From contig NW_002060980.1 in the NCBI RefSeq assembly GCF_000150275.1, positions 130,467 through 194,466 of the forward strand: a stretch of DNA of 64,000 nt, written 5' to 3'. The position numbers were made by a program, and so were the translations under genes. Shown here in pieces: positions 54,070 to 64,000 of this stretch. Origin of the DNA: Trichoplax adhaerens. Taxonomy: Eukaryota; Animalia; Placozoa. The notes under the pieces are model-generated. The model was not told where the DNA came from. It did not search any database and worked only from the letters and a program-made list of their open reading frames with translations. The stretch's first letter is position 1. Every line of letters begins with the position of its first letter.

Positions 54070-55260
54070 AGTAGTGAAAGATTTGATTTCAATGGTGCTT
54101 AGATTCAGCCCTTTAAAAAATGATATTAATGGAATATAGCCGGATAACGTCATGACGGCTTTGATTTCGATGATGTTTAGTTTCAGCTCTTTGAAAAAAT
54201 CATATCATTCCGTCATTTTTTAACCTATTCTAGTCAGATAGTTCATTGAATACTTTGACTTCAAGGATGCTAAGTTGCAACCCTATTAGAAAAATTACAT
54301 AATCCTTTTCAGTTACCATACTTCTTAATGTAATACTTGTATAGTCCGATAACGTAATGAATGCTTACTTTTAGTCCCTAGAAGAAATCATAACATTCCT
54401 TCATTTACTAATCAAATAGAGTAGGATATAGAAGTCAATGCTTTGATTTCAATGGTGCTTATTTTTAGCTCTTCGAAAAATCACATAATCCCCTTCATTG
54501 ACTCTAATTCTTATTGCAATGCCGTTGGATAACGCAATAAATGCTTAATTTACCGTCATTCTTAGCCGATGAGAATTATGGTCAGATAACGTATTGAATA
54601 CTTTAACTTTCAACCATGCTAAGCTGCAGCCCATATGGAAAATTATAGTACATAATTCCTTTCACTTAATATAATTCTTAAATGTAAATATAGTCGAATA
54701 GCGCAATAAATCATTTTGATTGTAATGATGCTTAGTTTCAGGCCTTTATAAAAATCATATCATTCCTTCATTGGCCATTATTCTTATGGAATATGGCAGG
54801 ATAGCATAATGATCAGTGGATCCTTTAATTTCAATAACATTTATTTTCAGCTCTTTGAAAAACCACATAATCCCTTTCATTTATTGTAATTTTTAATGTA
54901 CTGTAATAGTGTAGGATAACGCAATAAATGCTTAGATTTCAATGGTGCTCAGTTTCAGCCTTTTGAAAAAAATCATATTATTTTTTCTATTTACTATAAT
55001 TGTTAATCTGGAATGATCAGATACTGTAATAAGTATGTTAGCTTCAATTATTGCTCACTTTTAGCCCTGTGAAAATCATACTATCCCTTCTATTGACCAT
55101 AATTTTAGTTTAAAGAGTCAGACAGAGCGAACAAGGCTTTCCTTTAAAATTACGCTAATCCCTCACTTGTTAGCTTCGGCTCTTGGAAAACTTACCTACC
55201 CAGTAATGTGCTTATTGACTGCCATTCCTAATCGAATGGGGTTAGATAGCACAACGAATC
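54070..55260. repeat. Degenerate ~100-120-bp tandem repeat, about 10 copies
   Basis: Recurrent ggataacgcaat.aatgct, ttgatttcaatggtgctta.tttcagc.ctttgaaaaaatca.ataatcc.ttca. Confidence 0.8.
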
Positions 55261-56199
55261 AATTTCATATAGATTTACCTTCTCTTGCACTAAATTGGAG
55301 AGTAGAGTAGAAATAGCCTCTTGCTGATAAATATGGTGATATGCGACTGCATAGTCAGTAGGATTACTTTACTACTGGACTGACGTAAATCCATGTGCTC
55401 ATAGCAGACAGATAATATCATACATCTTGGCATTTCGTTCTGCGATACAACTACGACATTTCTATAATCCATTTGAATCAAGAAACAATAATCATTGGTA
55501 TACCAATAAAACTACCACGATGAACAATCCAAGATACTCGATGATGTATGTGCACCGTGAAAGCAGCAGCAATAACCCGCTTCAAGGTAGGACCACGGTA
55601 GAGCATGGAAAGCTAGAATTTTTTCTTGGTCGATGGTTCGATTGAATAGAGTGTAGTCGTAGATAGCTAGCATCGAAGTCTACCACGGAATAGAAATATC
55701 ACCGATTCAATGATGAATTACATATCATATCGCCTGTCATTAATGGGGTTGAGTTTTATTATGTCGATGCAAATAATTTGGAATCTGTATTAACTTGAGA
55801 AAACTCAACCACTTTTTAGCTCGTCCAGCCTTAATTTTGACACGTGCTTTCCTTATATCGATTCAGAGCAAGGCTGATTAGTTCCAACATAGACTAAAAA
55901 TACCGGTGTTTTAGTAGCTCATGGTTGCGATAAAAAGGAAAAGAATTTTGTAAATTATTGTTGTGCCTATGGCATAGATAAATATTAATTATTTCATTCT
56001 AAGCTAGGCCTATTTTCTACACATATTTGTTTAAATGAAGGAAGTTGTTGTAGTCGTGAAAATAATATCGTTAGCTATAATCAACAAATACTACTAGTAA
56101 CAGTATTGACCGTACTTTATTCATCAATAACATGCTTAGCACTATATAGATCTGTCGCAACTATTTGTTGTTGAGCAAACATACCATCATCCGGCCCTT

Positions 56200-57534
56200 G
56201 TATATTTTACCTAAATTAGACCCCGTGGATATCGACTGGTTAAGCTATCGATTGCAAGATAGCAAGCATAGCGAATGAGATGATGACCTATGCGTATATT
56301 TGCATCAATGCTAGTTGCTATTTTGACATGTTAATTCGAAGTTATCAGACCAGTTTGTATGGGAGATTGTAGGGAGTTGGCATACGTTAGATTCCTATCC
56401 TTGCCAAATCTTAGGTAAAGTAAAATGGGATTTATACACGTATATACCTCATGCTTTATAGTGAAAGAGATGACTTAAATTGAAAGATTCAAATAAAGAA
56501 GCGCTCGGTATGAAATGATGGAAAAACTTTCACCCTGACATTCTTCATGGTAACTTGGATAACTGAACAAAATATGCATTGCTATTCTTTGTTGAAAATC
56601 AATATTTTTTAAATTGAAAAATTTTATTACTGTATTAGTATTATACTATTGTACTTTGTAGGAAAATAATTTTCACTGACATTAGTAAGAGTGCAATCAT
56701 TCAATAAACAGAGTAGAATCTTTTTATTAAAATTAGAAATGGCATGATCATTGACCTAAGAAATTATAAAATATTTTACCTTATATTATAATCTTGAATG
56801 ATTAGGAAAAAGATCGCAGTAAATATTCATAACAGCTTTTTTAAGCGATAAGTCGGTGTTTATAGTCGGTATGATTGGGATTAATATCGTGGTTATTGAG
56901 TCTAATTTGCAATGGAATAGTACTATGAAAGAAATACTTTTTCGATTTTCATTAATGATAATTTCGATTTCGTTGTATCACAATTTAATAATAATATAAG
57001 CATTCTATTGAAAAATCGTCCAGAAATAAAGTTATTCGGTGAAATACATAATAATACGTTTATAAATCATAATCAATTAGAATGCTTATTGCTAAGATTA
57101 GTGCATGCCGTACATCGCTGAATTTCGAAAGTAGCAAGAAATTATACATGTACAATTTTTTATGATATTGTTACTGTAGATTTATTGCTTTGATATTCTA
57201 TATTAACTATAAGATTCATTGTGTAATACTAATACATAAATTCTTAAAATTGTTCTAGATGGCGGTTACTAACATTTATCTGCCTTAGTGACAAGCAACA
57301 TTGCAGCCTACATTAGATGGTCGTCATCAAAATCTCGTCGCGAAGTAAAAACCATATCTACTCCACACCCTGAATCTAAGTCGCTACCATTTGGTGTAGT
57401 AATCGCATTCATTAGCGTAGGAGCAGCTATAGCATGTACCTTAGCAATTGGAAACGACTATTACGCATACTCAATTAATTAAAGAGCCCAGAATGGAGTG
57501 GTTACTATCCCATAAAACCTACTGAAGATCAATA
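56200..57534 (+). pseudogene. C16orf89/UPF0764-like pseudogene (copy 6); exon 1 relic possibly near 55710-55910
   Basis: Exon-2 relic RLVKL (56233) and, in another frame, LSDQFVWEIVGSWHTLDSYPCQIL|GT (56342-56414); last-exon relic from 57259 reads DGGY*HLSALVTSNIAAYIRW, then a TM helix and a frameshifted SGYYPI tail; exon 3 not recognisable. Confidence 0.8.
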
Positions 57535-58223
57535 ATATTGTTGTTGTGAAAAGTTATTTTCGATCTGATATACTAAATTTACTCACGTATTGATAATGCT
57601 ATGTTGTATTTTAATGTTTAAATTATCTAAAGCTAAATATATATATATGTAAATTCGGGTACTAGATACCAATACTGTATTAGGTGTAAAGAGGAATATT
57701 AAATTATGGTGTAGTCATAATTTGATTTATTCTTTCTATATAAATGACGGAGTATCAAGAATATGCTACGTTCTTACAGTATATTATAACATTGCAATAT
57801 CTGATGTGCCATGATAAGAAAAATAGTTAGTCATTAATGTAATTCTTTACACAGGAAATTTTTATTCACAGGTATAAACTTTTACACCGTAGTCAATGAA
57901 TGAATAGTAGTAGTAGTAGTGTGATTTTGTTGCCGCAAGGATTGTACACCATCGTTACTTCAAAGGTTCACTACGAGTAGTGTTGTCTAAATATGTACCA
58001 AATATATATGGCATATAGATAAACAACAGGGCATAAACTTCATCAAATTGCCCTAATAGCAACCTCAAACAACAATCAATATACATAAAAAGTTAAGCTT
58101 TACACCCGATGCTACATATACAAATATACTTTAACATCGCGAGTTGACGAAAATTGCACTTAGTAATATACGTAATCGAAGAGCATCATCCTATAATGTG
58201 CTCAACTTATTCTTAATACTGAA

Positions 58224-61200
58224 CTAAACCCACGCTTGCCAACCGTGAAATAATTTTGATAAATTTTTAGGTTCTCTCGCTTCATGAATTAGATGATTAA
58301 CTTGCCCGCTAATACTTAATACGATACCATTTTCTGTACCGTTTAATTTTTGTCTAACGCGTAAAAGTGCTCGTTCAGCCATTTTATTTCCAGAAGATTT
58401 ATCTTGGGTAGTTTTATCTCCACGTTTATAATAATCAAGTAATTCTTCATCACCAGAAGGCGTGCCAGACGAATCTTCATTGCCAGTGTTCTCCGTCGAT
58501 CCATGATCTTTGCTACGCCGGCGTTGTAGCGCAATTGCTTTCAATGGACTAATATTCCAAGCGTATAGAGGATCATATAGCAAAACTTCTAAAATAGTTA
58601 GTAAGGAATCTTGGGAATGACGCATAACTGCCATTGTCTTTTCACAGCATCGACGAAATACACCTTCAACTCCAGTTATACCCATACCATCTACTATATC
58701 TCGAGTTAAACGAAATGGGACAGTCTCCGGTGTAGGTAGTACACGTCCTTGCTCGAATGCAATACCAAAATCAATGTGAATTAACTCTGCTGTAGTTCGG
58801 TCGACCAGGATATTTTGTACATGGCGATCACCAAGCCCGACAACGTAACCAACAATTGAAGATGCTGCTACACTTCTTGTATAGGCTAAACGCCTTTCAA
58901 ACCATTCAACAGGATTTAAAAAGTTTTCGAAAAAGAAGTGACGAAATACCGGATGAAAATGATCGGTAATTTCATGATAAGAATGAAGTTTATTTGTTGA
59001 ATTTGCAAGCTTTCTCTTACAATCCATCGAAGCCCAATCCTTTGGGTTATAACGCTTATGTGCACCATGAAGTTTAATATCAGATCCACCTAACAAATAT
59101 TGACCTATAGGTTGAGTATTTTCACACCATTCAACGATACCAGAACGTTGAGATAATGGAATTACCTACAGTATTAAAAATTTTTTAAATTACTTTCCAT
59201 ATTTTATGAATGTACTACGAGCGTATTACGCCCATAAAGGAAAACAATAAAAATTGACATCATTTGAGTTTATGTGAGAAATATAAGAAAGGTTATCCGA
59301 AATATTTTTTCAACAATATGTGCACTAATAACGTACAATTCCTACTCTGTTTCATTTTTGTGAACATCTTAAATTCATTACTATGACCCTATGAGCCATA
59401 ATGCTGTTATCAACTACTGGCATGTCAAAATTAGCATGGTGACTAAGATGTGGTTTTTACATATTGTGCTCTAATGACTGTAGTTGCAATTAGATTAATT
59501 ACATCAAATGAATTAAAATGTACTGCTTAAAATATTAGTGCAACTAAGTTCAACGGCAAGAGTACTACTGTACTCTGATATAGAATAGATAGCAATATTG
59601 CGATAATCTAATGCATTTAACTTACTTTATACGTTCTTATTCGGAGCTTACGCTTCGACGCTTCGACGTCACTTGATAGTAAGATATTAACTAAACAAAA
59701 CACTTGCTGCATAACAGCATCCTGTCGTAAATCATCTTTGCCTTTGACTAATTGTTGTCTTGTTACTCCATCTGTACCAATACAACTTATTATCTTTGGT
59801 AAGTTAATGCCACCAACCAGGCGAAAATGGCTCTCAATTTGTTCAATGTAAATGACATTTTCATATTCACATGTAGGGTCAATTTTGATATCACAGGTTA
59901 ACATTGGCGCTTGGTGACTAGCATTAATTTTAAGTAATGCTAAATCAGATGGAATTGGAACTGATGTCCGCATATACCTATATTGATGAGGTACTTCAGA
60001 ATATGCTAGTTCAATGTATGCGTTGCAAAGTCCTTCTAACGTATCAATTAAGTTTCCAATTTTACTAAAACTCAATCTAGCAATCATATTCCTAGCAGCA
60101 TCGGTCAGTTTTTGATCAACTAGTAAGCTATCGCGTTTATTAGTATTTGACCGTGCTTTAAGACTTTCGCTTGAATTTTTACTCAAGCTGTCGCCTATAT
60201 AAGTAAAATCTTTTTTTGCGTTGCTTAGTGCTAATATCACTGGTAAAGTATGAAACGGGTGTTCTTGCGCAGTGCGAAAGATAATTTGATTAAGGCTATC
60301 AGTAAATAGTTTTTCTGCCGTAGAACTACCCATTCTAGCTGCTAGTTGATACATTAATGGAAGAAATTTCTTTGATTGTATTTTTAGTTGTTCTTGACCA
60401 ATAATTTCGTTGATATTGTGGTACTGCCAGTTTTCAAACCATAATGAGCATAAGCGAAATACACGCACATCATGATCGTCACCAAATTGTAAGCAATGAA
60501 TGTAATTAGTAATTGCAAGTTTTAGAAATTTGATTTTGTCATCAAGCAATTGCTTCTCTTCCGATTCGTCAATTCTACTTTGTATTTCTAACAATTTCTT
60601 ATATCGTCTAGCATTATCTTGTGTATTAACGCTCTTTGTGCCTTTTAGTAATTCTAAATCAGATTTGGATTGGCGAATCAAGTGCTTTTTTTCTTCAAAT
60701 TCATTCGATTTTAAATAAGTTACAATTTTTTGATATTGTGCATCAGCATAACAACCTAGCGATAAAAATGCATCAATAGAAATACTTTGCATTTCTTCGA
60801 TACTATTTTGTAATAGCTGTATTGATTTACTTAAGTAATTTTCAATAATATTGTTTGGATTTTCGGAATAACTGTCTCCCAGCCATTTGCCGTACAGACC
60901 TAATGCACGACAATACAATGCTTTAACATTGTTGTCATTATAACCATTTGATTTCTGTTGCCGTTCTATATCACTAATTAAACTCTGTATAATGCATTTA
61001 CAAACATCTTGTTCACCTTTAGCCCAAAATAACTGTGATTCTTCCAATTGGCAATGCCAATTACTGCAGATATCTACTTTATCTTGGTTGTACTTAATGA
61101 GTAATTGCTTCCAACGAAATAAGACATTTTCTGCTAACTGATATCGACCAGCTTGTCGCGCCAACTTTGCATACATTTGTAGGTGTTTGGTTAGAGCGTT

Positions 61201-64000
61201 TAATATCGGCGCTACTTCAACTTTATATTGAGGATTACTGATATTGTATTGTGGATAGTTAGATGCAAGTATTAAATTTAGCGAAGTACAACGAAGTGTA
61301 ATGATTGGCTCTATTAAACTGAAGTCGCTTTTAAGGTTATGAGTCGATAATCTTTGATCCCATTCCTTAAACAAATCAGCTAAGTCTAATCCGTCAAATA
61401 TGTAACGGCCAAATTCTTCCAACTCTAGTAGCTGTTGTAATTTCATCATTGAATCATACATTCGAGTAATACTTTCTAAACTGTTTTCACTAATTTCCTT
61501 CATAATACCTGATCTTGATTTCTTTATTAAAGTGGTTAATGTTAATTCATCTTTATCATCAATAGCACGGATAGACTTATACAAGTTACAGTGGAAACCG
61601 TCGGTTGGAATTAATTTTTGAGTATCTAATGAAATTTCAGTCCAACAAGTTGAACGCCAAGCATTTTCATATAGATATTCAGAAACTTCTGAAGATTTAT
61701 CCGGGTACCTAGTTAATAATGTAGTCAAGCACATTTCCATGGAATGGTATAGCCCTGCGTTTCTCATAGAATCAATTAATGTTAAGTCATGTAATTCATT
61801 CGATGGCCTTGCTGCTGAAGGATATTTAATCGCATATTGTGATTGAATATCGTATACACTTAATGCTTGATTCCACTTGTCTTCATGTCGATACATTTCT
61901 ACTCTACCAGCTAACGATGCTAGATGTTGTGATTCAATGCCGTAAACATAATCGGGCTCACCAATATTGCTATAGGCTTTCGTAAGTAAAGAATGATAAT
62001 TTGTTTCATCCAATTCTTCATCCTCATCCCTATTGGTAAAATCGATTAGTTGAGCTAGAAATTTTATAATTTATCTCAGTAAACCATTCTTGACTGTTGC
62101 TATTATGTACAAAGCTAGTAATGATTGACAGACGTACAACATACTATAACAGTATATTATAGTATGTCACTTACAATTCTTGACGATAATTGTGCCATAT
62201 TTCAATGTATAAAAGAGAAGTATAATAAGCATCGCAACTTTGTGCGACACGAGCTAAATCGAGAAAATTTAAATCTAACCAAAAGTTATTTCCCCATGGA
62301 GTTTTCGATCTAAAGTAGTAGCAAAATAAGACATTAGTTTCTAGGCTTAAACTTGGTTAGATAACCAGTGTTGCGAACAATGCACAAAGCTTTGAATCAT
62401 CATGAAAAGAGTATATTGAAACAGCGATTACAATATGTTCTTACCCAGGTTTTTCTTGCGTTCGTAGGTAATTGATCATATCTAAGATTGCTTTGTAGGA
62501 TTCCTTGTTAGAATTACTCACTACTTTTGTACTATCGCTCTGTGAATTTTTGACGACATTATAGTCGTTACTAACACCTTTAACATTAGCTTTAGATAAA
62601 AATGTTTGCAAGGAATGTGAGAAAATAGCTCGTGCGTCATGACCAAAGGATGAAACAATATCTTTAACTAAATATGGAAAGCTAAATTCAGCAAATTCTG
62701 CCTATTTACAAAATAAAATTAAGAACGAAGGGGAGAGCATAAGGATAACACACTTGCGATATATTGGAGGAGATATATGTTAGCACTCACTTCGAGAGCA
62801 TAAAGGGAACCCAAACGTTGTAAGATAGCATCTTGAGCACAACTTGCTAGCTCACTTGTCAACTGTACAATCCATTCAGAATGAGGGATGGACAGTTTAG
62901 AGTCAAAAAAACGACGAACAACCCGATTCAGAGCACTTAATTGATAGTCACTATTAGGGCTATCTATTGAAGTACTTGGTGCAAGCTAGGTATCACAAGC
63001 AAGAAAGGAATTAAGAGTGCATCAATAACTGTCATAGCTCTAGTTCATCATTATTTTAATACAGCCAATTGTAAATATGCCACTACGTGTCAATCTTTAC
63101 TAATTACTAGCTGATATCCTGCAGTATATGCCGCTAAATACTCCAAGCTGCTATTACATACCATATCAGTAAACGGCGTTAAATACAAATTTAACCCGTA
63201 ATGATGAAGCCGACTAGATACAAGAAGCTCTTTACATTTTGGTAAGGATAAAATTGATTTCAAACATTTCGATGCCGCTTGGACGATCTTAACACTAACG
63301 TAAATAAATTGTTTAGTATAAATATGTTGATAGACAGTATTCGAAAAAATCAATGTAATTTCACGTACTCGTGATTTATAAGAAAATTGGATAAGTAATT
63401 TAATAACATAACAGTTCGCTTTTCTTCATCGTGAGATGAATTAACTTCCAGTTCATAAGACTCTATTTCGAAAACAGATATCGAGATGATGATATCTACA
63501 TCCTTTCAAATGTTTTTAGAAGTATATCAGAAGCATTGATATGATCTAATTTCAATAACTTACTTTTACATGAATTTAAGGCAACAGGATTTAAGCTGAC
63601 TGCACCTAACTCTCCCAAACATCGACTAGCCTCTTCCTGGATCTGACAGCTAATGTCAGATACATTGGTCGAGAAGAGATTTGTCATTTCTGAACTTCGA
63701 TTAAGTTGTAGTAGCTTGTGAATTACTTTGGCTAACAGTTGATCTGTTATTAAAGAAGTCAGTCATGATATGGTACGATTAAGAAATAATGTAACATAAT
63801 CTGTACATCATTATCCATTGATTTAACAATACGAGCGCATTTAGTATAATATGCATTCAGATTAAATTAACTTGAAAAGATATTAAGGAAGCAAATCAAC
63901 TTATCTGACCGTATTCAGGACTGTCTAACTTGACAAAATCGTTCCTGGATCTTTCTAATAATTTCTTAATAAAGCGAATTCCATCAAGTCGATATGCAGA
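58224..64000 (-). CDS. ATM: Serine-protein kinase ATM, 3' part (FAT, PI3K-like kinase, FATC); continues beyond the window
   Basis: [79 protein letters not shown]-terminal [14 protein letters not shown]; exons include 58224-59165, 59626-62029, 62175-62309, 62445-62701, 62791-62985, 63162-63294. Confidence 0.97.

Noticed and set aside
62030-62099. ATM acceptors at 62054 or 62099, the latter adding an SQ motif
   Set aside because: Both run into a stop in the required phase; the acceptor at 62029 has a CTAAT branch point and keeps the frame

Overview
AT-rich, intron-containing animal genomic DNA with two assembly gaps. Short introns, gene content and base composition suggest a compact non-bilaterian genome such as a placozoan (inference only). 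Left to right: (1) a repeat-rich region with three copies of a ~0.5-kb TG..CA element, the 3' end of a 28S rRNA gene and a 51-bp spacer satellite; (2) a multi-exon TARBP1/Trm3 tRNA Gm18 2'-O-methyltransferase gene; (3) five tandem 5-exon C16orf89/UPF0764 (DUF4735)-family genes; (4) a divergent DMRT gene (DM zinc module plus DMA-like domain); (5) a sixth, pseudogenised DUF4735 copy; (6) the 3' part of ATM on the minus strand. The best candidate for an undescribed system is the DUF4735 array. Unlike the secreted vertebrate protein as I recall it, these copies add a C-terminal transmembrane helix and a YxxPhi tail. They are also diversifying: one has lost its anchor by frameshift, one has lost a cysteine pair and a conserved Asp, and the furin-type site is present in some copies only. 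The DMRT gene lacks the canonical DNA-recognition helix and has possible alternative C-termini. Gene models were spliced by eye; family assignments rely on recalled motifs, not database searches.
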